Of a stretch of 41,464 nucleotides of DNA, positions 10,236 through 22,700 are shown one piece after another. Location: NCBI GenBank assembly GCA_001643675.2, contig LSRY02000085.1, forward strand, positions 1 through 41,464, in the 5' to 3' direction. The position numbers were made by a program, and so were the translations under genes. Origin of the DNA: Monocercomonoides exilis PA203. Taxonomy: Eukaryota > Protista > Preaxostyla. Positions within the stretch are counted from its first letter, which is position 1. Every line of letters starts with the position of its first letter. A model generated the notes under the pieces. It had not been told where the DNA came from, did no database searches, and was given only the letters and a program-made list of their open reading frames with translations.

Positions 10236-13200
10236 GGATTACAATCATGATCAAATGAAACGTTTGAATAATCTAGCAAATTCACAGTATGATTCTTGAT
10301 TCTCATTTCATTCGAACTGAAAAAAATCCATAAATTTTCTACGTTGCTCAGTTCACAAACTTCAACAATCAGCTCACGTTTTTGAAAATTTGAATTGTTC
10401 TTTTCAAACATGAATTTAATCTGGAAGATTGCAATTAAAAATGTCAGTTTCAAATTTGAAAAACGTTTGATAATGACAATGAAGAGGTTAAAAATGCTTT
10501 GTTTGTGAGATAATTAACAAATGATATCATTCAAACCTTTTCTTTGAAACGAATGAAGATTTAAATTCCTTGAAAGCACATTCGAATTATGAAACATTTA
10601 CAAAACAGAAAAATCTTCAGAGCTGCCCAACTGATTCTTTCAACAGCAAAAATGCGAATGATAATGTATGATGAAAAGAATAATGGAGGAAAACAAAACT
10701 GGGTTGATTGTGAATGACGAAAGAGGTGCAACAGAAAAATGAAGTGATCAGATGAATGAACATTGCGCTCAGAAAAAATTCAGATTAAAGAAAACAACAC
10801 GTGTGCCATATGCCTTCAAGTGAATTTGACAACGATGAACATTGCATGACCGATGATGCATAATGTTTGTTAACATCACCAAAATTTGTATGACTCAGAA
10901 ATTCAGATTTAATCAAGAACTTTTATAGGAATTTTCTGCAATTGGAAAAAGTTCATATAAGAAGGAATGGAGTTTTTATTTGGAAAAATAGTATTTCATA
11001 GTCAATTTCCTTATTTTTATTAATATAGAAATAACTTCAACATGAAAATTACAAATAAAAAGGAATAAATGGATATTTATCTTAATTGGATAACGTGAAT
11101 CAAAATTTCAATAAATAACATTGAAAACAAGGAAATTTGACATGTTCAATCAAAGCTTGCAAAAAAAAGGTGATTGGAAAGTCTTGGGTTCAATGATGCA
11201 AATGATAAATCCACGCATTCATTGAAACATATGGCAATCTTTAGCTGTGAAAGATTCAACAAATTGAAAAGATTTCATAAATTGTTTTCATTCATTTGTT
11301 TATTCTTATTACATTGTGGCAATTTTCTTACGATGATCAGAATCTCACAAATAGAAATTGAAAGGAAAAGTGAAAGGATTGAATTCTTCATAATCATTAA
11401 ACACCGCGATTTGTAGTGCCAAACGTGAAATGAAAAAAATAAAACATCTAAATGCTGGTGAAGCACTCATTGACTATCATTTATTTCCTTTGTAAAATAG
11501 AAGAACTCTATTTGTTTGGTAAATAAACGAACAATTTGAAAAATCCTGAATTTGTTCATGATCCACTTATAACATTCACAGAAAAAGAGAAAATGGATGC
11601 TAATTTTTGATCAGAGTGGAAGAGGTTCCTTTTTTGAACTCGAAAAAATTTTGGCAACCAACAAGATAGAAATAATTGAATTCAACGTTGAATAATGGAT
11701 ATGATCGCTTGAAGAAAGAAAGTTTTATCCTAAACAACAATTTCCTCTTGAAAATTGTTTGCTGTTTCAAATCATGAAAGTGAATAGTGTGCTTAATTCT
11801 TTCAATTGAAGTTTTGTTTTTATTTCTTATAAATCATAAAAAAAACGTCTATTTTATCTTTGAATGAAAAAATCTCAACAAAATATCATCTATTCTGATA
11901 TCTCTAATTTTCCTTATTAATTAGTTTTCAAATTCGAAAATATTCTTTTGAACTTTGTATCAATTTGATGATTTCTTCTCTATGAATCGAAAGCTATTAG
12001 AAATTCATTTTTTGTCGAACAGAAGAAGATTTATTTATTGTTAGCAGGAGTTTGAATGGATTTTATTTCTGTTGTTTCATAAATGATGATGATTTTTTAT
12101 TTTGTTTTCTTCCATATAATGAAATAAGCTTTGATTATTAAACAACAATAATAATCCTTTACAAGGATGTAATGTGCATCGATATTGTGGAATGAAATAA
12201 CATATTAAACAAATGAAGAATTAGACAATATGAATCAAACTTATTTATTGGAAGAAGCATGAATAAAGGAAGAAATAAAATTGCAATGATTTCAATGAGG
12301 AAAAAACTGAAACTTTAAAACTAATAAACGGAGATTGACTTTTGAACAGATCAATTTTTTTGATGGATTATTGATGGAAATATCTAAGAAATGGAGAACG
12401 TGTTGCAGCTTTTCGTTAAGTGATGAAAAAGTTGAATAATTTTCAAAAATTGTTCGATGAAAATGGAGGAGATTAGCTTTTCGCAGCAAAGAGGATTTAG
12501 CAATTGAACAGAAAGAAGTCTATGATAAAACTGTTGAAGAATAAAGGAAAGGTTTGAAGTTTTTGTTTAATTTCAAATGTGATTATTTTCATGACGCAAT
12601 TTTTATGTGAAAACATATTAAAGTTGTGAAGGAAATTGATTTCACTTTATTTGGTAAACATTTTGGAAAAAAATAAATTTTATTAAAAGAATGAGCATTT
12701 TATTTTGTTTTGAACCATTTATTCGAATTTGTTTGGTCATATACGGGACCTTGAATGATATCGAAAATGTTAATGAAAGATGAGCTGAATGTTTGATTAT
12801 AATAAGCAAATTTATACATATGAGCGAAATGAATGTTAGCCATATTTTAAGGAATTATTATTTTGAATTAAAAGTTTGTACAAATTGGAAAACAATTCAT
12901 TGAAAATATTGTTATGATTGATTTTATTTTTATGTCACTCGAACCGATAGTTTCAATATGACTAGGAATGGTTTGCATTCAACATTTGTTTCGAAGTGTT
13001 GATTCATTTTAATTTGATGATCAAAATTGTAATTAAGAAAAGCGTATGAAAAAATAGAATTGTATTTAAAGCATTTTTCAGTTATGAAAGCAAAATGAAA
13101 AAGTACATTCATTTGGAAAAGAATTATGCAGCTGTGAAATGCAATGATAATTGCTAAAGCAAACAAACATTGAAGATCAAAGGCATTTTGTTCGAGGAAA

Positions 13201-13450
13201 TATAAAAGAAGAAGCATTTACGGAAGACGGAGAAAGGAAGAAACAGAAAGGACAATGTTTGCTGTCTATTGTTAAACATTAGTGCACATTAATATTCATC
13301 TGTTGTGTCATAACAATTTCGGAATGAACAGCTAAACAGATTTTGAATAATTATGACATCCAAAGAGAAAGAAGAAAAGCATACGATTATTTACAACGTT
13401 GCAAACGTTCAGTGAAAGATAGTGACTGTGTTTAATGAATATTCACATGA
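10236..13450 (+). pseudogene. Heavily decayed coding remnants, unidentified
   Basis: Purine-rich, GAA/AAA-rich patches with frequent stops (about 10236-10863, 11550-11780 and 12290-12550) alternate with T-rich intron-like tracts. No family recognised. Confidence 0.3.
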
Positions 13451-13617
13451 GTGTGATTGTTTGCTAAAGAATGAATGAAAAAAACATCAATAAATATTAT
13501 AAAAAACAATTAAGGGATTTTTGATAATTTTTATGAAAAAATATTTTTAAAAAAATATAATTTTAAAAATAAAAATTTAAAAAAATATAAATCAAAAAAT
13601 TAAAAATTGAAACTAAT

Positions 13618-13706
13618 AGCGCTCCCCTAAGCTCGACGAGCAAAAGTCTAAGGAGCGAGCACGAAATGCGAGCGAAGCGAGCATTTTGTGCGAAGCGACG
13701 TGACTT
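13618..13706 (+). other. Unique GC-rich structured cap at the left junction of the array
   Basis: GCTC-GAC-GAGC hairpin (13631-13641) inside a CGCTCC/GGAGCG stem; CACGAAATGC-GA-GCGAAGC-GA-GCATTTTGTG hairpin (13660-13690); second GCGAAGC at 13690-13696. Confidence 0.7.
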
Positions 13707-16700
13707 CGGCTCGGAGAGAGTGGGGAGCGCCTTGCAACGCTGTCCTATCACTCTCTCCCCCATTCACACACACTCTGCATGTGTTTTGAGTGTAAGTTTT
13801 GTGTTTATTTCGGCTGAGAAGGTCTTTTCTCTCTGAAAGGGCCCTCTCACCCGAAATATCACTCAACACCAAATAGAGTGTGTTTTTCTTTTTCGATAAA
13901 AATTACAAAATTTGTGTTGATAGCTCCCTGGCTCCTGTGGCCTGCACAGCAGGCCACACCACTCACCGCGCCCTCCCCGCCCCGCAAAAAAAATAATATG
14001 AAAAATTCGGTTATTTCAGTGAAATGACTGAAAAGAGCCTAGGGCAGCGCGCAGCGCGTTCCTTCCGGCTCGGAGAGAGTGGGGAGCGCCTTGCAACGCT
14101 GTCCTATCACTCTCTCCCCATTCACACACACTCTGCATGTGTTTTGAGTGTAAGTTTTGTGTTTATTTCGGCTGAGAAGGTCTTTTCTCTCTGAAAGGGC
14201 CCTCTCACCCGAAATATCACTCAACACCAAATAGAGTGTGTTTTTCTTTTTCGATAAAAATTACAAAATTTGTGTTGATAGCTCCCTGGCTCCTGTGGCC
14301 TGCACAGCAGGCCACACCACTCACCGCGCCCTCCCCGCCCCGCAAAAAATAATATGAAAAATTCGGTTATTTCAGTGAAATGACTGAAAAGAGCCTAGGG
14401 CAGCGCGCAGCGCGTTCCTTCCGGCTCGGAGAGAGTGGGGAGCGCCTTGCAACGCTGTCCTATCACTCTCTCCCCCATTCACACACACTCTGCATGTGTT
14501 TTGAGTGTAAGTTTTGTGTTTATTTCGGCTGAGAAGGTCTTTTCTCTCTGAAAGGGCCCTCTCACCCGAAATATCACTCAACACCAAATAGAGTGTGTTT
14601 TTCTTTTTCGATAAAAATTACAAAATTTGTGTTGATAGCTCCCTGGCTCCTGTGGCCTGCACAGCAGGCCACACCACTCACCGCGCCCTCCCCGCCCCGC
14701 AAAAAAATAATATGAAAAATTCGGTTATTTCAGTGAAATGACTGAAAAGAGCCTAGGGCAGCGCGCAGCGCGTTCGCTTCCGGCTCGGAGAGAGTGGGGA
14801 GCGCCTTGCAACGCTGTCCTATCACTCTCTCCCCATTCACACACACTCTGCATGTGTTTTGAGTGTAAGTTTTGTGTTTATTTCGGCTGAGAAGGTCTTT
14901 TCTCTCTGAAAGGGCCCTCTCACCCGAAATATCACTCAACACCAAATAGAGTGTGTTTTTCTTTTTCGATAAAAATTACAAAATTTGTGTTGATAGCTCC
15001 CTGGCTCCTGTGGCCTGCACAGCAGGCCACACCACTCACCGCGCCCTCCCCGCCCCGCAAAAAAAAAATAATATGAAAAATTCGGTTATTTCAGTGAAAT
15101 GACTGAAAAGAGCCTAGGGCAGCGCGCAGCGCGTTCCTTCCGGCTCGGAGAGAGTGGGGAGCGCCTTGCAACGCTGTCCTATCACTCTCTCCCCATTCAC
15201 ACACACTCTGCATGTGTTTTGAGTGTAAGTTTTGTGTTTATTTCGGCTGAGAAGGTCTTTTCTCTCTGAAAGGGCCCTCTCACCCGAAATATCACTCAAC
15301 ACCAAATAGAGTGTGTTTTTCTTTTTCGATAAAAATTACAAAATTTGTGTTGATAGCTCCCTGGCTCCTGTGGCCTGCACAGCAGGCCACACCACTCACC
15401 GCGCCCTCCCCGCCCCGCAAAAAAATAATATGAAAAATTCGGTTATTTCAGTGAAATGACTGAAAAGAGCCTAGGGCAGCGCGCAGCGCGTTCCTTCCGG
15501 CTCGGAGAGAGTGGGGAGCGCCTTGCAACGCTGTCCTATCACTCTCTCCCCATTCACACACACTCTGCATGTGTTTTGAGTGTAAGTTTTGTGTTTATTT
15601 CGGCTGAGAAGGTCTTTTCTCTCTGAAAGGGCCCTCTCACCCGAAATATCACTCAACACCAAATAGAGTGTGTTTTTCTTTTTCGATAAAAATTACAAAA
15701 TTTGTGTTGATAGCTCCCTGGCTCCTGTGGCCTGCACAGCAGGCCACACCACTCACCGCGCCCTCCCCGCCCCGCAAAAAAATAATATGAAAAATTCGGT
15801 TATTTCAGTGAAATGACTGAAAAGAGCCTAGGGCAGCGCGCAGCGCGTTCCTTCCGGCTCGGAGAGAGTGGGGAGCGCCTTGCAACGCTGTCCTATCACT
15901 CTCTCCCCATTCACACACACTCTGCATGTGTTTTGAGTGTAAGTTTTGTGTTTATTTCGGCTGAGAAGGTCTTTTCTCTCTGAAAGGGCCCTCTCACCCG
16001 AAATATCACTCAACACCAAATAGAGTGTGTTTTTCTTTTTCGATAAAAATTACAAAATTTGTGTTGATAGCTCCCTGGCTCCTGTGGCCTGCACAGCAGG
16101 CCACACCACTCACCGCGCCCTCCCCGCCCCGCAAAAAATAATATGAAAAATTCGGTTATTTCAGTGAAATGACTGAAAAGAGCCTAGGGCAGCGCGCAGC
16201 GCGTTCCTTCCGGCTCGGAGAGAGTGGGGAGCGCCTTGCAACGCTGTCCTATCACTCTCTCCCCATTCACACACACTCTGCATGTGTTTTGAGTGTAAGT
16301 TTTGTGTTTATTTCGGCTGAGAAGGTCTTTTCTCTCTGAAAGGGCCCTCTCACCCGAAATATCACTCAACACCAAATAGAGTGTGTTTTTCTTTTTCGAT
16401 AAAAATTACAAAATTTGTGTTGATAGCTCCCTGGCTCCTGTGGCCTGCACAGCAGGCCACACCACTCACCGCGCCCTCCCCGCCCCGCAAAAAAAAATAA
16501 TATGAAAAATTCGGTTATTTCAGTGAAATGACTGAAAAGAGCCTAGGGCAGCGCGCAGCGCGTTCCTTCCGGCTCGGAGAGAGTGGGGAGCGCCTTGCAA
16601 CGCTGTCCTATCACTCTCTCCCCATTCACACACACTCTGCATGTGTTTTGAGTGTAAGTTTTGTGTTTATTTCGGCTGAGAAGGTCTTTTCTCTCTGAAA

Positions 16701-19700
16701 GGGCCCTCTCACCCGAAATATCACTCAACACCAAATAGAGTGTGTTTTTCTTTTTCGATAAAAATTACAAAATTTGTGTTGATAGCTCCCTGGCTCCTGT
16801 GGCCTGCACAGCAGGCCACACCACTCACCGCGCCCTCCCCGCCCCGCAAAAAAATAATATGAAAAATTCGGTTATTTCAGTGAAATGACTGAAAAGAGCC
16901 TAGGGCAGCGCGCAGCGCGTTCCTTCCGGCTCGGAGAGAGTGGGGAGCGCCTTGCAACGCTGTCCTATCACTCTCTCCCCATTCACACACACTCTGCATG
17001 TGTTTTGAGTGTAAGTTTTGTGTTTATTTCGGCTGAGAAGGTCTTTTCTCTCTGAAAGGGCCCTCTCACCCGAAATATCACTCAACACCAAATAGAGTGT
17101 GTTTTTCTTTTTCGATAAAAATTACAAAATTTGTGTTGATAGCTCCCTGGCTCCTGTGGCCTGCACAGCAGGCCACACCACTCACCGCGCCCTCCCCGCC
17201 CCGCAAAAAAAATAATATGAAAAATTCGGTTATTTCAGTGAAATGACTGAAAAGAGCCTAGGGCAGCGCGCAGCGCGTTCCTTCCGGCTCGGAGAGAGTG
17301 GGGAGCGCCTTGCAACGCTGTCCTATCACTCTCTCCCCCATTCACACACACTCTGCATGTGTTTTGAGTGTAAGTTTTGTGTTTATTTCGGCTGAGAAGG
17401 TCTTTTCTCTCTGAAAGGGCCCTCTCACCCGAAATATCACTCAACACCAAATAGAGTGTGTTTTTCTTTTTCGATAAAAATTACAAAATTTGTGTTGATA
17501 GCTCCCTGGCTCCTGTGGCCTGCACAGCAGGCCACACCACTCACCGCGCCCTCCCCGCCCCGCAAAAAAAATAATATGAAAAATTCGGTTATTTCAGTGA
17601 AATGACTGAAAAGAGCCTAGGGCAGCGCGCAGCGCGTTCCTTCCGGCTCGGAGAGAGTGGGGAGCGCCTTGCAACGCTGTCCTATCACTCTCTCCCCCAT
17701 TCACACACACTCTGCATGTGTTTTGAGTGTAAGTTTTGTGTTTATTTCGGCTGAGAAGGTCTTTTCTCTCTGAAAGGGCCCTCTCACCCGAAATATCACT
17801 CAACACCAAATAGAGTGTGTTTTTCTTTTTCGATAAAAATTACAAAATTTGTGTTGATAGCTCCCTGGCTCCTGTGGCCTGCACAGCAGGCCACACCACT
17901 CACCGCGCCCTCCCCGCCCCGCAAAAAATAATATGAAAAATTCGGTTATTTCAGTGAAATGACTGAAAAGAGCCTAGGGCAGCGCGCAGCGCGTTCCTTC
18001 CGGCTCGGAGAGAGTGGGGAGCGCCTTGCAACGCTGTCCTATCACTCTCTCCCCCATTCACACACACTCTGCATGTGTTTTGAGTGTAAGTTTTGTGTTT
18101 ATTTCGGCTGAGAAGGTCTTTTCTCTCTGAAAGGGCCCTCTCACCCGAAATATCACTCAACACCAAATAGAGTGTGTTTTTCTTTTTCGATAAAAATTAC
18201 AAAATTTGTGTTGATAGCTCCCTGGCTCCTGTGGCCTGCACAGCAGGCCACACCACTCACCGCGCCCTCCCCGCCCCGCAAAAAAATAATATGAAAAATT
18301 CGGTTATTTCAGTGAAATGACTGAAAAGAGCCTAGGGCAGCGCGCAGCGCGTTCCTTCCGGCTCGGAGAGAGTGGGGAGCGCCTTGCAACGCTGTCCTAT
18401 CACTCTCTCCCCATTCACACACACTCTGCATGTGTTTTGAGTGTAAGTTTTGTGTTTATTTCGGCTGAGAAGGTCTTTTCTCTCTGAAAGGGCCCTCTCA
18501 CCCGAAATATCACTCAACACCAAATAGAGTGTGTTTTTCTTTTTCGATAAAAATTACAAAATTTGTGTTGATAGCTCCCTGGCTCCTGTGGCCTGCACAG
18601 CAGGCCACACCACTCACCGCGCCCTCCCCGCCCCGCAAAAAAAATAATATGAAAAATTCGGTTATTTCAGTGAAATGACTGAAAAGAGCCTAGGGCAGCG
18701 CGCAGCGCGTTCCTTCCGGCTCGGAGAGAGTGGGGAGCGCCTTGCAACGCTGTCCTATCACTCTCTCCCCCATTCACACACACTCTGCATGTGTTTTGAG
18801 TGTAAGTTTTGTGTTTATTTCGGCTGAGAAGGTCTTTTCTCTCTGAAAGGGCCCTCTCACCCGAAATATCACTCAACACCAAATAGAGTGTGTTTTTCTT
18901 TTTCGATAAAAATTACAAAATTTGTGTTGATAGCTCCCTGAGCTCCTGTGGCCTGCACAGCAGGCCACACCACTCACCGCGCCCTCCCCGCCCCGCAAAA
19001 AAAAATAATATGAAAAATTCGGTTATTTCAGTGAAATGACTGAAAAGAGCCTAGGGCAGCGCGCAGCGCGTTCCTTCCGGCTCGGAGAGAGTGGGGAGCG
19101 CCTTGCAACGCTGTCCTATCACTCTCTCCCCCATTCACACACACTCTGCATGTGTTTTGAGTGTAAGTTTTGTGTTTATTTCGGCTGAGAAGGTCTTTTC
19201 TCTCTGAAAGGGCCCTCTCACCCGAAATATCACTCAACACCAAATAGAGTGTGTTTTTCTTTTTCGATAAAAATTACAAAATTTGTGTTGATAGCTCCCT
19301 GGCTCCTGTGGCCTGCACAGCAGGCCACACCACTCACCGCGCCCTCCCCGCCCCGCAAAAAAAATAATATGAAAAATTCGGTTATTTCAGTGAAATGACT
19401 GAAAAGAGCCTAGGGCAGCGCGCAGCGCGTTCCTTCCGGCTCGGAGAGAGTGGGGAGCGCCTTGCAACGCTGTCCTATCACTCTCTCCCCCATTCACACA
19501 CACTCTGCATGTGTTTTGAGTGTAAGTTTTGTGTTTATTTCGGCTGAGAAGGTCTTTTCTCTCTGAAAGGGCCCTCTCACCCGAAATATCACTCAACACC
19601 AAATAGAGTGTGTTTTTCTTTTTCGATAAAAATTACAAAATTTGTGTTGATAGCTCCCTGGCTCCTGTGGCCTGCACAGCAGGCCACACCACTCACCGCG

Positions 19701-22700
19701 CCCTCCCCGCCCCGCAAAAAAAATAATATGAAAAATTCGGTTATTTCAGTGAAATGACTGAAAAGAGCCTAGGGCAGCGCGCAGCGCGTTCCTTCCGGCT
19801 CGGAGAGAGTGGGGAGCGCCTTGCAACGCTGTCCTATCACTCTCTCCCCCATTCACACACACTCTGCATGTGTTTTGAGTGTAAGTTTTGTGTTTATTTC
19901 GGCTGAGAAGGTCTTTTCTCTCTGAAAGGGCCCTCTCACCCGAAATATCACTCAACACCAAATAGAGTGTGTTTTTCTTTTTCGATAAAAATTACAAAAT
20001 TTGTGTTGATAGCTCCCTGGCTCCTGTGGCCTGCACAGCAGGCCACACCACTCACCGCGCCCTCCCCGCCCCGCAAAAAATAATATGAAAAATTCGGTTA
20101 TTTCAGTGAAATGACTGAAAAGAGCCTAGGGCAGCGCGCAGCGCGTTCCTTCCGGCTCGGAGAGAGTGGGGAGCGCCTTGCAACGCTGTCCTATCACTCT
20201 CTCCCCATTCACACACACTCTGCATGTGTTTTGAGTGTAAGTTTTGTGTTTATTTCGGCTGAGAAGGTCTTTTCTCTCTGAAAGGGCCCTCTCACCCGAA
20301 ATATCACTCAACACCAAATAGAGTGTGTTTTTCTTTTTCGATAAAAATTACAAAATTTGTGTTGATAGCTCCCTGGCTCCTGTGGCCTGCACAGCAGGCC
20401 ACACCACTCACCGCGCCCTCCCCGCCCCGCAAAAAAAATAATATGAAAAATTCGGTTATTTCAGTGAAATGACTGAAAAGAGCCTAGGGCAGCGCGCAGC
20501 GCGTTCCTTCCGGCTCGGAGAGAGTGGGGAGCGCCTTGCAACGCTGTCCTATCACTCTCTCCCCCATTCACACACACTCTGCATGTGTTTTGAGTGTAAG
20601 TTTTGTGTTTATTTCGGCTGAGAAGGTCTTTTCTCTCTGAAAGGGCCCTCTCACCCGAAATATCACTCAACACCAAATAGAGTGTGTTTTTCTTTTTCGA
20701 TAAAAATTACAAAATTTGTGTTGATAGCTCCCTGGCTCCTGTGGCCTGCACAGCAGGCCACACCACTCACCGCGCCCTCCCCGCCCCGCAAAAAAAAATA
20801 ATATGAAAAATTCGGTTATTTCAGTGAAATGACTGAAAAGAGCCTAGGGCAGCGCGCAGCGCGTTCCTTCCGGCTCGGAGAGAGTGGGGAGCGCCTTGCA
20901 ACGCTGTCCTATCACTCTCTCCCCATTCACACACACTCTGCATGTGTTTTGAGTGTAAGTTTTGTGTTTATTTCGGCTGAGAAGGTCTTTTCTCTCTGAA
21001 AGGGCCCTCTCACCCGAAATATCACTCAACACCAAATAGAGTGTGTTTTTCTTTTTCGATAAAAATTACAAAATTTGTGTTGATAGCTCCCTGAGCTCCT
21101 GTGGCCTGCACAGCAGGCCACACCACTCACCGCGCCCTCCCCGCCCCGCAAAAAAAAATAATATGAAAAATTCGGTTATTTCAGTGAAATGACTGAAAAG
21201 AGCCTAGGGCAGCGCGCAGCGCGTTCCTTCCGGCTCGGAGAGAGTGGGGAGCGCCTTGCAACGCTGTCCTATCACTCTCTCCCCATTCACACACACTCTG
21301 CATGTGTTTTGAGTGTAAGTTTTGTGTTTATTTCGGCTGAGAAGGTCTTTTCTCTCTGAAAGGGCCCTCTCACCCGAAATATCACTCAACACCAAATAGA
21401 GTGTGTTTTTCTTTTTCGATAAAAATTACAAAATTTGTGTTGATAGCTCCCTGGCTCCTGTGGCCTGCACAGCAGGCCACACCACTCACCGCGCCCTCCC
21501 CGCCCCGCAAAAAAAAAATAATATGAAAAATTCGGTTATTTCAGTGAAATGACTGAAAAGAGCCTAGGGCAGCGCGCAGCGCGTTCCTTCCGGCTCGGAG
21601 AGAGTGGGGAGCGCCTTGCAACGCTGTCCTATCACTCTCTCCCCCATTCACACACACTCTGCATGTGTTTTGAGTGTAAGTTTTGTGTTTATTTCGGCTG
21701 AGAAGGTCTTTTCTCTCTGAAAGGGCCCTCTCACCCGAAATATCACTCAACACCAAATAGAGTGTGTTTTTCTTTTTCGATAAAAATTACAAAATTTGTG
21801 TTGATAGCTCCCTGGCTCCTGTGGCCTGCACAGCAGGCCACACCACTCACCGCGCCCTCCCCGCCCCGCAAAAAAAATAATATGAAAAATTCGGTTATTT
21901 CAGTGAAATGACTGAAAAGAGCCTAGGGCAGCGCGCAGCGCGTTCCTTCCGGCTCGGAGAGAGTGGGGAGCGCCTTGCAACGCTGTCCTATCACTCTCTC
22001 CCCCATTCACACACACTCTGCATGTGTTTTGAGTGTAAGTTTTGTGTTTATTTCGGCTGAGAAGGTCTTTTCTCTCTGAAAGGGCCCTCTCACCCGAAAT
22101 ATCACTCAACACCAAATAGAGTGTGTTTTTCTTTTTCGATAAAAATTACAAAATTTGTGTTGATAGCTCCCTGGCTCCTGTGGCCTGCACAGCAGGCCAC
22201 ACCACTCACCGCGCCCTCCCCGCCCCGCAAAAAAAATAATATGAAAAATTCGGTTATTTCAGTGAAATGACTGAAAAGAGCCTAGGGCAGCGCGCAGCGC
22301 GTTCCTTCCGGCTCGGAGAGAGTGGGGAGCGCCTTGCAACGCTGTCCTATCACTCTCTCCCCCATTCACACACACTCTGCATGTGTTTTGAGTGTAAGTT
22401 TTGTGTTTATTTCGGCTGAGAAGGTCTTTTCTCTCTGAAAGGGCCCTCTCACCCGAAATATCACTCAACACCAAATAGAGTGTGTTTTTCTTTTTCGATA
22501 AAAATTACAAAATTTGTGTTGATAGCTCCCTGGCTCCTGTGGCCTGCACAGCAGGCCACACCACTCACCGCGCCCTCCCCGCCCCCGCAAAAAAAAATAA
22601 TATGAAAAATTCGGTTATTTCAGTGAAATGACTGAAAAGAGCCTAGGGCAGCGCGCAGCGCGTTCCTTCCGGCTCGGAGAGAGTGGGGAGCGCCTTGCAA

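Noticed and set aside
10232-13630. Single TTAGGG at the YR stop (10232) and single CCCTAA in the array cap (13625) as a telomere seed or telomerase template
   Set aside because: Single hexamers are expected by chance, and a telomerase template needs about 1.5 repeats.
14026-14216. Hammerhead, HDV or twister ribozyme, RNase P or tRNA in the unit
   Set aside because: CTGAAAAGA and CTGAGAA do not fit CUGANGA followed by stem II and GAAA. GAAGGTC lacks the RNase P partner region, and there is no cloverleaf or proper B box. This was checked by eye only.
14308-14332. Resemblance of CAGGCCACACCACTCACCGCGCCC to the 5' end of 5S rRNA
   Set aside because: The spacing differs, and the rest of 5S (internal A and C boxes, 3' helix partner) is absent.
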